From a virus (taxonomy: Duplodnaviria; Heunggongvirae; Uroviricota; Caudoviricetes), in IMG/VR virus record IMGVR_UViG_3300031994_000056: a stretch of DNA of 64,000 nt; one strand, given 5' to 3'. The notes below the pieces were generated by a model. It was given only the letters and a program-made list of their open reading frames with translations. It was not told the DNA's origin and made no database searches. Below are positions 34,366 to 44,303 of this stretch, in pieces. The position numbers and the translations under genes were made by a program. Positions within the stretch are counted from its first letter, which is position 1; each line of letters starts with the position of its first letter.

Positions 34366-35457
34366 ATGTTATTATCAGAAATCAAAAATGTAGTAAAAGA
34401 ATTATGTCAGAATGGTTGCAAAGTAAACTTATGTCTTAAAGGACATCAAGGAATTGGTAAGACTCAAATCTTACAACAGGTAGCAGAAGAACTTGGTTGG
34501 GATTATAAAGCAATATATTGTGCTCAAACTTCTACGGAAGATTTAATTGGTATGCCAAAGATTGTAGAGAATAAAGATGGTACTTTCTCTACGGAGTTTG
34601 CAAAACCAACTCTGTTTCCAACTAAAGAGAATACAATTTTTGTATTGGAAGAAATTAACAGAGCTCCGTTGGAAGTTCAACAATCTGTATTACAGTTACT
34701 TACAGATAAAAAGATTGGTAATTTTGTATTACCAAAGAACACATTGATATGTGCTTGTATCAATCCTACAGACTCAATCTATATGACACAAGAGTTAGAT
34801 TCTGTATTTGTTAATAGAATGGTAACGATTGATGTTGAAACAAATATAGAGGAGTTCTGTAATTATGCAGAAAAGAAAGGAGTTAGTCAAGACATTATTA
34901 ACTTCATAGGTTCTTTGAATAGTTCTCAAGCAGCGATACATTTCATACCAAAACCTTCAGAGAATACAATAGGTAAACCTATGGCGTCACCAAGAACTTG
35001 GATGATAGCAGATAGTATCCTAAAATTGAATGTGAGTGATAATGTATTAGCTCAGATGTTAAGTGGTGCAATTGGTAAAGAAACTGCAACGTTCTTTTTA
35101 ACTACAAGAAGTAAGTTAGATAAGTTAATAAACATTGAAGCAGTTATTAAAAGTTATGATAAATTAAAATCTAAAATAGAAAAGCAAAGTGATGGAACTT
35201 TATTGAAGACAGTGAATGATTTTGCGGATGTATTGAACAACCAAGAGAAAGCGAAAACATATTCAGACGATGAGATAAACAATATGGGTAAGTTTATTGA
35301 ATACTTGTATAACAATAACAAAGCATTGGCTTCAATGTTGTATCAAAAGATAACAGACTTATCTAAGGATAGTTTGTTAAAGAGAATACATAAAACATAT
35401 CAATCAGAGAAAAAGATTATAGCAATGTTGACTGAAGTAGGTACAAGTATAAAATAA
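34366..35457 (+). CDS. MoxR-like AAA+ ATPase
   Basis: Walker A GHQGIGKTQ and Walker B / sensor VLEEINRAP (the MoxR/CbbQ-type DEINRA motif). Confidence 0.7.
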   Translation: MLLSEIKNVVKELCQNGCKVNLCLKGHQGIGKTQILQQVAEELGWDYKAIYCAQTSTEDLIGMPKIVENKDGTFSTEFAKPTLFPTKENTIFVLEEINRAPLEVQQSVLQLLTDKKIGNFVLPKNTLICACINPTDSIYMTQELDSVFVNRMVTIDVETNIEEFCNYAEKKGVSQDIINFIGSLNSSQAAIHFIPKPSENTIGKPMASPRTWMIADSILKLNVSDNVLAQMLSGAIGKETATFFLTTRSKLDKLINIEAVIKSYDKLKSKIEKQSDGTLLKTVNDFADVLNNQEKAKTYSDDEINNMGKFIEYLYNNNKALASMLYQKITDLSKDSLLKRIHKTYQSEKKIIAMLTEVGTSIK

Positions 35458-35469
35458 AGGAGGACAAAG

Positions 35470-36756
35470 ATGGGAATAGAAAGAGTTAATAATTGTATAA
35501 ACAAATTAGCATTTAACTTTGAAACTCTTTGGTTTCTTGACGTCCTTTATAACATTAACATTGAGGTACTGGATGCTGAGAAGTGTCCAGCACCTACAGC
35601 TTGTGTAATGTTTAAAGACTTCAAGATTAATATGTTCTTTAACAAAGAGTTCATTGATAAGTTAAATGATGATGAGTTATTAGGTTTAATACTTCATGAA
35701 ACATTACATTTATCTTTGTATCATAATGTTAGAAATAAAAATAAAAATGGACAGTTATGGAACATAGCTTGTGATTTAGAAGTAAATTCTATAATAAATA
35801 GTTTAGGATTTAAATTACCTGAAGGTGGTTTAATGCCACAGAAAGACTTTAATTTACCTACAAGATTGAGTGCTGAAAATTACTATGACCAAATCTATAA
35901 AGAGTTAGAACAGCAAATGCAAAATGGTAAGGGTAAAGGTAATGGAAGTGGAGTTGGTATTAGTATAGAAGGTAAATGTACATTAGATAGCCATGACCAT
36001 TGGAGCAAAACTGAAAGTGAAAGTGAGTTGGTAAAACAAGTTATAGATAGTGTGGTTAAGTCAGCGATAGAAAAGAATGCACAAGATATTGAGAAGTCTT
36101 CTATAAAAGATAATATTACTTCAGCATTGAAAGATGCAAATGGTATGAAGAAAAGTAGTAGGTATGGTAATAGTCCAGGAGATTTTATATCAAAGGTTAA
36201 AGTTACAGGTAATGGTAAAGTTAAATGGAATTTCATATTGAATAGACTTATAAGAAAAACATTATCTTCAAACTATCTTTCTTCCTTTAAAAGAACTTCA
36301 AGAAGATATGGAGAACTTGTTAAAGGTAAGATTAAAAACCATAAGATAGATAATATTATTGTAGCTGTAGATACTTCAGGAAGTATAGATGAAAAACTTC
36401 ACGAAAGATTTATGGAAGAAATAATATTAATCAGAAGAATGTTTAAGGTAGAGATAAGATATATTCAATGTGATACAGAGATAACACAAGACATTAAGTT
36501 GAAAAGATATACAGACATAGAGAACATTGAAATTAAAGGTGGTGGTGGTACAGACTTTGTTCCTGTGTTTGAGTATATCAAACAGAAACATTATACTCCA
36601 AATGCAATATTATATTTCACAGATGGTCAAGGAAGATATCCAGAGAAATCTAATATAGATACACTTTGGATATTAAGTGATGATGATTGCTTAAGATATG
36701 GAGATGCACCACCGTTTGGATATAAGTTATTCTTAAATGAAAAAAATGAAAAATAA
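35470..36756 (+). CDS. VWA-domain protein with an N-terminal HExxH metallopeptidase-like domain (DUF2201-like partner of the MoxR ATPase)
   Basis: HETLH motif; MIDAS motif VAVDTSGSI; C-terminal GGGGTDFVPVFEY. Confidence 0.6.
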   Translation: MGIERVNNCINKLAFNFETLWFLDVLYNINIEVLDAEKCPAPTACVMFKDFKINMFFNKEFIDKLNDDELLGLILHETLHLSLYHNVRNKNKNGQLWNIACDLEVNSIINSLGFKLPEGGLMPQKDFNLPTRLSAENYYDQIYKELEQQMQNGKGKGNGSGVGISIEGKCTLDSHDHWSKTESESELVKQVIDSVVKSAIEKNAQDIEKSSIKDNITSALKDANGMKKSSRYGNSPGDFISKVKVTGNGKVKWNFILNRLIRKTLSSNYLSSFKRTSRRYGELVKGKIKNHKIDNIIVAVDTSGSIDEKLHERFMEEIILIRRMFKVEIRYIQCDTEITQDIKLKRYTDIENIEIKGGGGTDFVPVFEYIKQKHYTPNAILYFTDGQGRYPEKSNIDTLWILSDDDCLRYGDAPPFGYKLFLNEKNEK

Positions 36757-36771
36757 AAGGAGGAAATTAAA

Positions 36772-37410
36772 ATGGCTAAAAAGAAACAAGAGTCAATTGA
36801 AGTATCAAAAAGTCCAGAGTTAGTTAAAAGGTTAGAGGAGTCTGCAGCAAGACTTCGTGGTAAAAATATTAAAGCAATAATATTTAATCACAAAAACTTG
36901 GTGTATGACAACAGAGGATTGGCAGTGTATAATCCAGTCATAAGAACAGTAGTAACATTAGGTAAAGTAAGAGAAACAGATTTCTCAATTGCTCCAGATA
37001 CAATAATAAATAGTTCAAGGTTAGAAGCAATTGAAAAAGTTTCAAAGTTAGATGACTTGTTAAAAGACCCTGATGTTTATGCAATCATTGATTCAAATAA
37101 CAACTTCAAATGTGTTGATAGTAAGTTTGATAAACAAATGGAGTTTGATAGCGAGAGTGATGATTGTATGACAGTTTATTATAATTCATTTTCAGATACA
37201 AATAACTATCCTAAATATCTTGTAAGAGAAAAACAAGGACAGTATAGATTGTGTCGTGATTGTAATAAACTATTGGTTGATGAGTTAGATTATGCAGAAG
37301 TAAGTGGTGACAATTATTGTTATGATTGTATCGTGAAGAAAGGTAAGGAAGATTATGTTGACCAAAAGAAACTTAAGCTTATGCAATTGCATAAACTGGA
37401 AGCAGAGTAA
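36772..37410 (+). CDS. hypothetical protein with a C-terminal Cys4 zinc finger
   Basis: CRDCNK...CYDC. Confidence 0.5.
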   Translation: MAKKKQESIEVSKSPELVKRLEESAARLRGKNIKAIIFNHKNLVYDNRGLAVYNPVIRTVVTLGKVRETDFSIAPDTIINSSRLEAIEKVSKLDDLLKDPDVYAIIDSNNNFKCVDSKFDKQMEFDSESDDCMTVYYNSFSDTNNYPKYLVREKQGQYRLCRDCNKLLVDELDYAEVSGDNYCYDCIVKKGKEDYVDQKKLKLMQLHKLEAE

Positions 37411-37474
37411 AGTAAAGTTATAAGTTATGGTAAGGTTGTATTACTTACCATAACTTATATTAAGGAGTCCTAAA

Positions 37475-37678
37475 ATGAAAGACCCTAAAAAAGAAATCAT
37501 TGAAGCAGGTGATAAAGTTCTTATAAACAAAGTTTTATATAAAGCAATACCTATAAAGTTTTCAAATGAAGCAATAGTTAGTTGTAGTGGTTATTGCGAT
37601 TTATATAAAATAAAATATACTTGTTCAAAGATAAACTGTAGAGGTATATATTATAAAAAAGATGAAGGAGGTATATGA
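37475..37678 (+). CDS. small Cys-rich array protein, ends EGGI
   Basis: VSCSGYCDLYKIKYTCSKINC. Confidence 0.5.
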   Translation: MKDPKKEIIEAGDKVLINKVLYKAIPIKFSNEAIVSCSGYCDLYKIKYTCSKINCRGIYYKKDEGGI

Positions 37679-38253
37679 TGAGTTTATATCCGCAAGTTCC
37701 ATATGACTTGGAAGATAAATTAGATTTCAAAAGAATTAATTATCGTAAATGTAGATACTTTGAAGATGATAATATGATGGTTCTTAAAAGTTACAATACA
37801 ATAGTTGCGATGTATGATAAAAGAACTGACTTATTATACCTTGATGAAGTTACTTATTCATCGTACACTAGTGTTCATATTGGTGTGTTTATTAGATATT
37901 ATATTAAAGGTATGTCATTTAAATCAGTTTACATACCACAAGAATATCTAATAAGTTTTATAAGATTATCTTTAGAGGATAAGAAACCATATATTAAAAC
38001 AGTCCTATCTTTTAAACTCGGAGAACTTGTAAAGATTTATAGGTTACATAAATTGGCTAACAGTATTGCACAAGTAACTTATTATGGTGATTCCTATTCA
38101 ATGATTAAAGATTGTAGTGTATATGAGTTTGCAAAAGATGGTTGTGCAATTGAACCAAAATATTATTCTATAAAAATTCAAAGTGGTTTATATGTAAACT
38201 CACACATATCTTGTGAACCTAAGAATTTAAAACATTTAGAAGGAGGTTTATAA
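37675..38253 (+). CDS. hypothetical protein, ends EGGL
   Basis: 192 aa; ATGA overlap. Confidence 0.5.
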   Translation: MMSLYPQVPYDLEDKLDFKRINYRKCRYFEDDNMMVLKSYNTIVAMYDKRTDLLYLDEVTYSSYTSVHIGVFIRYYIKGMSFKSVYIPQEYLISFIRLSLEDKKPYIKTVLSFKLGELVKIYRLHKLANSIAQVTYYGDSYSMIKDCSVYEFAKDGCAIEPKYYSIKIQSGLYVNSHISCEPKNLKHLEGGL

Positions 38254-38254
38254 G

Positions 38255-39067
38255 ATGCCAAACTATGTTAGAAATATGTTTATTGAATGTAAGTATCCTA
38301 ATAAATTGAATAAGTTTATATTAAATGATAAGAGTGAAATTGATTTCGGTATATTAATTCCAATGCCAGAAACGTTAGGAGTGATAGGAAGTTTATGTAG
38401 TGACATAGCTAAGTTCTTAAAAGATAATAAGTATAAATCTTTTGCATGTAGAGCAAATACATTCGAAGAATATATACAAGCAATAAATAGTAATTTGAAT
38501 TTAAATGTCAGAGCATTCAATAATCAAAATGAGTTTATGAATAACGTAAAAGATAGAAACTATAGTGAGATTATAGAAAATGTTTATATGACTTGGAATA
38601 TAATAAAATATGGATATCCAACTTGGTATGAATGGAGTTGTGAAAAGTGGGGTACAAAATGGAATGCTTGTAACCAGGGTAAATGGAATGAGTATGATAA
38701 AGGTAATAATATATTTGATACTGCATGGAGTGCTCCTACAGCTTGGCTAAAAGAATTAGCAAAGAAAGTAGAGTTTGTTTTGTTATATGCAGATGAAGAT
38801 ATTGGAGCTAACTGTGGTATAGTTGAAAGTAAAAATGGAATACTCTTTATACATAATAATAACTCAAACCAAGAAAGTGCAATTGTATTTGCTTCCGGTG
38901 TTAACGGTTATGACTTTAGTGATAGAGATTATTACTCAAAGGAAGAAGAAAATGAAGCCAAACAAATGTATAACAATAGATATAAATTAATGGAGACTTT
39001 CTTTTTAAAAAATAATTGTGGAGATATTTATTATAGAAATAAGGATAAGATAAATGGATTGCTTTAG
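38255..39067 (+). CDS. hypothetical protein
   Basis: 270-aa ORF. Confidence 0.5.
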   Translation: MPNYVRNMFIECKYPNKLNKFILNDKSEIDFGILIPMPETLGVIGSLCSDIAKFLKDNKYKSFACRANTFEEYIQAINSNLNLNVRAFNNQNEFMNNVKDRNYSEIIENVYMTWNIIKYGYPTWYEWSCEKWGTKWNACNQGKWNEYDKGNNIFDTAWSAPTAWLKELAKKVEFVLLYADEDIGANCGIVESKNGILFIHNNNSNQESAIVFASGVNGYDFSDRDYYSKEEENEAKQMYNNRYKLMETFFLKNNCGDIYYRNKDKINGLL

Positions 39068-39070
39068 GAG

Positions 39071-39358
39071 GTGACTATGGAAAAAGAAGAATGGAAACAG
39101 TTAATGGGGGATGAAGAACTTACAGTCATAGCCTTTGAAGTTCTGAAACTTAAAGTTGGTGATGTTATTTCTACAAAGTCTGGTGAATTGGTTAAAGTAG
39201 TAAAAGGTAAATGTCAAGAATGTAGGTTTCGTTTGAATAGAGGTATGGTATTTTGTGAATGTTATAAAGATATAGACGAGAAATATTTGTTATACAATAG
39301 TTGTAATTTAGAAGCAGATCAAAAGTTTGTAAGTATAAAATCAAATAAAGGATTATAA
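39071..39358 (+). CDS. small Cys-rich array protein (VxKGxCxxC family)
   Basis: GELVKVVKGKCQECRF...FCECY. Confidence 0.55.
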   Translation: MTMEKEEWKQLMGDEELTVIAFEVLKLKVGDVISTKSGELVKVVKGKCQECRFRLNRGMVFCECYKDIDEKYLLYNSCNLEADQKFVSIKSNKGL

Positions 39359-39370
39359 AGGAGGTATGTC

Positions 39371-39922
39371 ATGGGGCAATATTATCGTCCGGTATTAAAA
39401 CAAAATGGTAAAGTTACTGTTTACAATAGAGATGTAGATGGTGAATACACAATGGCAAAATTAATGGAACACAGTTGGTGGAACAATGATTTACTTAGAG
39501 CAATAGGAGCTAAACTTTATAAAAAGAGAGGGCAGCTAGCTTGGGTTGGTGATTATGCAGATGATGAAGATTTAGTGAAAATGAATATGACTGTTGAAGA
39601 TGTTTGGGGTAGTGAACATAAACAAGTTAGAGGACATGGATTAAAGAGTGTTAAATTTATATTTGATAATAAATATCTTTGCAACCATACTAAGGAACAA
39701 TACATAAATTTAAAAGAATATTATGAACTTGCTGTAGAAGATGGCTGGTGCATAAATCCATTAAGTCTTTTATGTGCAATTGGAAATGGTTTAGGTGGAG
39801 GTGATTACCATAGTGATAGTATATATATAGATGATGTTGGTACATGGGCTTGGGATGAAATAAGTATTGAAGATAATATACCAAAAGATTATAGTAAGAG
39901 TGAAATTATATTTAAAGAATAA
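39371..39922 (+). CDS. hypothetical protein
   Basis: 183 aa; AAGGAGG ribosome-binding site. Confidence 0.5.
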   Translation: MGQYYRPVLKQNGKVTVYNRDVDGEYTMAKLMEHSWWNNDLLRAIGAKLYKKRGQLAWVGDYADDEDLVKMNMTVEDVWGSEHKQVRGHGLKSVKFIFDNKYLCNHTKEQYINLKEYYELAVEDGWCINPLSLLCAIGNGLGGGDYHSDSIYIDDVGTWAWDEISIEDNIPKDYSKSEIIFKE

Positions 39923-39934
39923 AGGAGGCATAGC

Positions 39935-40303
39935 ATGTTTTTACCTACGGATAAAGTAATACTAGTTAACGAGTGTGTAAATAATCATGAAATTAAAGCT
40001 GTGATAATCGAAACTCATATAAATGAAAATTTTGAAGCTACATATATTACAAGTCACGATTGGTCAAAGATAAGAACTGAAAATGAACTTTTACTTATTA
40101 CACAAGGTAATTGGCATTTGAAAAGATTCGTAAAAGAATTTTATCCAGGTGAAAGAGTTTTATGGAACAAAGATGGTATAACAAGAATCAGTGTAATTAA
40201 AGAACGAATATATAATTATAAAACTTCACGTATATTATATAAACTAGACTGTGGTTTAATCTCTTATGCTTCATATTTAAATAGATGTGAAGGAGGAATA
40301 TAG
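39935..40303 (+). CDS. hypothetical protein, ends EGGI
   Basis: 122 aa. Confidence 0.5.
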   Translation: MFLPTDKVILVNECVNNHEIKAVIIETHINENFEATYITSHDWSKIRTENELLLITQGNWHLKRFVKEFYPGERVLWNKDGITRISVIKERIYNYKTSRILYKLDCGLISYASYLNRCEGGI

Positions 40304-40789
40304 ATGATTAATTATGAGAAAATAAAACTAGGTAAAGGTCTTACTAGAAATCAAAAACGATTAAGAGAAATATATCTTGAACATCAATTACATTTAGAAG
40401 GTAATCTAATAAAAGAAAGAGATGAACTTTGCGGACATAAAATATGTAAAGTAACAAGTACTCGTTTAAACGTTTCATGCTCCAGAGCTTTAGGTGATAC
40501 GTTTCTTGTGTATGATGGCAAGCAAAAAGAAAATATAAAACTTCATATTGAAACACGTTGTGTACGAAAATGGGGTCAACACTTTGCAAAATATTTTGAT
40601 GATGTATATGTTATTATTGGAAAAAAGAATATAGTAAGATTTCAACAAGATAATTGTTATAACCATCGTGAAGGTTGTTATGTGTTTTATGATAACAATA
40701 ATATACTTCGCAATATCACACCAGAAATAAACCATAGAAAAAAAGAGGGAGGTATAAGTCTTTATAAAGAGTTTGAAGGAGGTGTTTAA
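40304..40789 (+). CDS. hypothetical protein, ends EGGV
   Basis: 161 aa. Confidence 0.5.
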   Translation: MINYEKIKLGKGLTRNQKRLREIYLEHQLHLEGNLIKERDELCGHKICKVTSTRLNVSCSRALGDTFLVYDGKQKENIKLHIETRCVRKWGQHFAKYFDDVYVIIGKKNIVRFQQDNCYNHREGCYVFYDNNNILRNITPEINHRKKEGGISLYKEFEGGV

Positions 40790-41079
40790 TGTATTATCCT
40801 GTTAAAAGATTTAAGATTAAAGAAGGTAAGATTATAGAAGTGTATCATGCTGGTGATATTATAATAGCAAAAAAAACAAAACAAGTATTCAAAGTTGTAC
40901 CACAACCAAAATATTTAGATTGTACTAAGTGTGCAATAGGAAATCACCCAAGTCAAAAACAATTTGAATCATGTGCACATGTATTAAGTTTTGTATTAGA
41001 TATACCAGTAATACAAGGTGGATGTAATGCAATACTTCCAAACGGATATATGTTTGAAGAACTTAAGGAGGGAGTATGA
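40789..41079 (+). CDS. small Cys-rich array protein, ends KEGV
   Basis: CTKCAIGNHPSQKQFESC...GGC. Confidence 0.5.
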   Translation: MYYPVKRFKIKEGKIIEVYHAGDIIIAKKTKQVFKVVPQPKYLDCTKCAIGNHPSQKQFESCAHVLSFVLDIPVIQGGCNAILPNGYMFEELKEGV

Positions 41080-41351
41080 AAGTTTTCTTTGTTAAAGGGA
41101 GTATAATACAATTAAATAAAACAAAACAATTAGTACAAGTTACTCGTGCAAATATAGATGGTTGTGGTAAATGTATATTCTATCCAAAATCTAATCTTCT
41201 TCCTTCTACTAATTATGCACCTATATATGCAAAGTATCTATGTCATAAATCACTGAATGAGTCTTTAGGATTTAAGTATGAACATAAATGTTCAAACATA
41301 ATTCCTTCTGGTTATATCTTTAAAGAAATAAATAATAAAGGAGGTGTGTAA
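41076..41351 (+). CDS. small Cys-rich array protein, ends KGGV
   Basis: ANIDGCGKCIFYP. Confidence 0.5.
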   Translation: MKVFFVKGSIIQLNKTKQLVQVTRANIDGCGKCIFYPKSNLLPSTNYAPIYAKYLCHKSLNESLGFKYEHKCSNIIPSGYIFKEINNKGGV

Positions 41352-41905
41352 TGAATAAACTTGTAGTTGAATTCTTAAAAAGTTTAGAAGATAATGAAAA
41401 GAAAAAGTTCTTTTGTGAAGAACCATCAGAAAAAACGATAGGTAAACCAATACCTTCGCCGAGGTCTTGGGAAATTGTAAGTAATATTTTGGATTCAAAT
41501 TTAAGTGACATTACATTATTAGAAATGATAAAAGGTGCAATTGGTAAAGATGCTGCAACTAAACTTATTGAATTTAAAAACAGTAGATATGGTATAACTT
41601 TAAATTATTTATTGGCAGATAAACCTATTGTACTTACAGATTTACCAAAAGATAATGTCATGCGTTTGTGTATTGAGATAAGAGAATTAATTAAGAATAA
41701 CTTTGATACATATAATATCAATGATATTTATATGCCGTTAGGTACTTTTATTAATTATATATGTGGCTTTTCTGAATACATTAAAGTTATTTTTAATTTG
41801 CAAAGTTCTGTTCCAGGAACAAAAAAACTTCAGTCTATATTAGATTTATATAAAGAAAAAACAAGTATAGATTTAGAAGATAGAATATTGGAGGGATTAA
41901 AATGA
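41351..41905 (+). CDS. hypothetical protein
   Basis: 184 aa; shares the segment TIGKPIPSPRSWEIVSNILDSNLSDITLLEMIKGAIGKDAATKL with the C-terminal part of the MoxR-like ATPase (TIGKPMASPRTWMIADSILKLNVSDNVLAQMLSGAIGKETATFF), suggesting a partial duplication. Confidence 0.5.
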   Translation: MNKLVVEFLKSLEDNEKKKFFCEEPSEKTIGKPIPSPRSWEIVSNILDSNLSDITLLEMIKGAIGKDAATKLIEFKNSRYGITLNYLLADKPIVLTDLPKDNVMRLCIEIRELIKNNFDTYNINDIYMPLGTFINYICGFSEYIKVIFNLQSSVPGTKKLQSILDLYKEKTSIDLEDRILEGLK

Positions 41906-42519
41906 GATTTTTTGAGAGTGTAAAAAAATGTTTATGGGAAGATACATTTAAACATGTATCTTCTAATATGAAAGATTCAGATATTCCAGAAGAAAAATAT
42001 GGAAAAGATTATGTAGAATTTATAAATGAATTACTTCACTATGTTAAAATAGGTATACAATCTGCTCCTGCAAAATATATAGACCACAGGTATGATGAAT
42101 ATCATTTAGCAGTTCTATTTGAATATCATTCAAGGTTATATATTATTAGATTTTCAAATTGGACTTTGCAATATAATATTTATCTTTGTCCAGACCAACA
42201 ATACTTTTATGAGTATGGTAGTGTATATTTTAATACAAAGTATACGGAACACAACTTAGATAATATTGATAGACCTGAAGGGTTGTTAATGGTTAGCTTT
42301 CCTAACTATAATAAGTTTAAAGAAGGTGATATAGTAAAATTAAATAACTCAGCTCTGAAGAGATATTACTATCGCTCAAGTAAAAGCAAAATCTTTCAAG
42401 TTGAAAAAGTAAGATTTCATAGTCACTATATTGATTATGATACAGTATCATTAGATAATGATAAAACGAGTTATGCTTATTCTGAAAGTAATTTAATAAA
42501 AATTAAAAACGGATTGTAA
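41902..42519 (+). CDS. hypothetical protein
   Basis: 205 aa, ends KNGL. Confidence 0.5.
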   Translation: MRFFESVKKCLWEDTFKHVSSNMKDSDIPEEKYGKDYVEFINELLHYVKIGIQSAPAKYIDHRYDEYHLAVLFEYHSRLYIIRFSNWTLQYNIYLCPDQQYFYEYGSVYFNTKYTEHNLDNIDRPEGLLMVSFPNYNKFKEGDIVKLNNSALKRYYYRSSKSKIFQVEKVRFHSHYIDYDTVSLDNDKTSYAYSESNLIKIKNGL

Positions 42520-42533
42520 AGGAGGAAGGTAAA

Positions 42534-42769
42534 ATGAAATTAAAAGAATATATCAAAAGATTGCAAAATCTGGAAAAGGAATAGGTGATGTAGAATTAAT
42601 TTACGGAACAGACGAAGAATGTAATTGGTTTAACTCTGTTTGTTTTTCACCAAGTATTAAGTACGTACCTAAGGAATGTTTAAACAAGGGTTCTATAGAT
42701 GGAATTAAAGTTTGTGACTATGAAGACAAAAATGAAGGAGCAGATACAATTGTAGTTTGTATAAACTAA
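42534..42769 (+). pseudogene. frameshifted small gene (possible -1 programmed frameshift, or a pseudogene)
   Basis: ATG 42534 gives MKLKEYIKRLQNLEKE then stop at 42582-42584. The -1 frame continues with no start codon as GIGDVELIYGTDEECNWFNSVCFSPSIKYVPKECLNKGSIDGIKVCDYEDKNEGADTIVVCIN to 42769; the junction is at GGAAAAGG. Confidence 0.4.
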
Positions 42770-42781
42770 AGGAGGTATAAA

Positions 42782-43408
42782 ATGGAACAAGAAAAATTAA
42801 ACAAATTATTAAAAGAGATTTGTGAAACAGGTAAGGCACTAGATAACCTTAGTAAAAATAATAAAGGTTCTGTGACTTATCAAAATAACACAGTGATTAA
42901 ATTCATAGGTCAATTTAAAGAGTTAGTAAAAGAATTCTTTAAACAGGTAGGTATAACAAATATTATGTTCAAAAGTATGATTAGTTATAATCAACTTTAT
43001 ATAGGAGGTATGTTTAAGTTTAAAGATAACTACTATAAGATTAGAAGTTCATCTTTATGGCATTGCTTTGAAGATCATATACAAATTGAAATATTACCAA
43101 TGTGTGAAACATATGATTCTGAATCACAAGAGATTAGCTATAAAACAATTTGGAGACGTACAAAGTATTATTTATTTGAAAATGACTTTAAAATATTAGA
43201 TACTTTTAAATTACCTAATCCTGCAAAATGCAAGAGATTTGAAATTGTATCTATAAAAGATAAGTATAGAAACATTAGAAAACTTGCAAAGATAACTAGT
43301 GTAAGTGTCTGGGGACCAGTTTATTATTCAGTAAAATATTTAGATGGAAAGTCTGGAAGTAATCTTATTTCAGAATCAAGAGTAATAAAAATTAAAAATG
43401 GAATATAA
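42782..43408 (+). CDS. hypothetical protein
   Basis: 208 aa, ends KNGI. Confidence 0.5.
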   Translation: MEQEKLNKLLKEICETGKALDNLSKNNKGSVTYQNNTVIKFIGQFKELVKEFFKQVGITNIMFKSMISYNQLYIGGMFKFKDNYYKIRSSSLWHCFEDHIQIEILPMCETYDSESQEISYKTIWRRTKYYLFENDFKILDTFKLPNPAKCKRFEIVSIKDKYRNIRKLAKITSVSVWGPVYYSVKYLDGKSGSNLISESRVIKIKNGI

Positions 43409-43421
43409 ATGAGGTAGTAAA

Positions 43422-44291
43422 ATGAAAGCAAATGTAATTAAAGAAGTAAAAGAAATGATGAAGTTAAATCCAAAGTATACACAATCGGATTTAAAGAAAG
43501 CAGTAGAGAAAGCAACAAATATTATATATCAAATTGAAAATGATATATTTAAAGGTAAGATATTTAAGTATGGTAATCTTAAACTTGAAAAGAACATTGC
43601 AAGATTTACTTTACCAGAAGTTATAACTTGCAAATCAAGATGCCCAGGATGTTATGCAAGTAAAATGTTATGGGAATCTACAAGAGTATACAGGCTAACA
43701 AATCTATTACTTATAATGAACGCTTTAAGAGATGAAGATTTCAATAATCATTTTACAAAACAAATTCAAAAAGAGTTACAGTTGCATGAAAAGAAATGTA
43801 TAAAGATGGATAGATTACCAATGTTCAGATGGCATGACAGCGGTGATATATTTAGTATAGAATATTTTAATTGGATGAGAGAAGTTATGTCAGCTAATTT
43901 GAATATTAAATTCTATACTTATACAAAGAACACACAAGTATATCAAACTTATACCATGTTAAAAAATATAGAATCGTCTATGTTTAATTTTAATATTGTG
44001 AATAGTTTTGTATTGAATCATGTAAATTACTTTGACTTCATACATAACTTTGAAATAGAGTTTGATGCATTCAAAAGGATTATTGAAACTTTAAGAGAGA
44101 GTGGAAAGAAATTATTCTTTTGCAATTATAACTTTGAAAAATTTAAAGAAAGAAATGAAGTGAACTATAATAAGTTAGTTGAATATTTGAAATCAAACAG
44201 CGATGTAATATCTTTCTTTGCTAATCATTTAGCTTGCGGTCAGTGCAGTGCATGTTGTGATTATGAATACACAGTATTCTTAAAACATTAA
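43422..44291 (+). CDS. phage Gp37/Gp68-family (DUF5131-like) protein
   Basis: TCKSRCPGCYA matches the GCxxxSxGCxNCYA signature of that family. Confidence 0.45.
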   Translation: MKANVIKEVKEMMKLNPKYTQSDLKKAVEKATNIIYQIENDIFKGKIFKYGNLKLEKNIARFTLPEVITCKSRCPGCYASKMLWESTRVYRLTNLLLIMNALRDEDFNNHFTKQIQKELQLHEKKCIKMDRLPMFRWHDSGDIFSIEYFNWMREVMSANLNIKFYTYTKNTQVYQTYTMLKNIESSMFNFNIVNSFVLNHVNYFDFIHNFEIEFDAFKRIIETLRESGKKLFFCNYNFEKFKERNEVNYNKLVEYLKSNSDVISFFANHLACGQCSACCDYEYTVFLKH

Positions 44292-44303
44292 AGGAGGAAG
44301 TAA

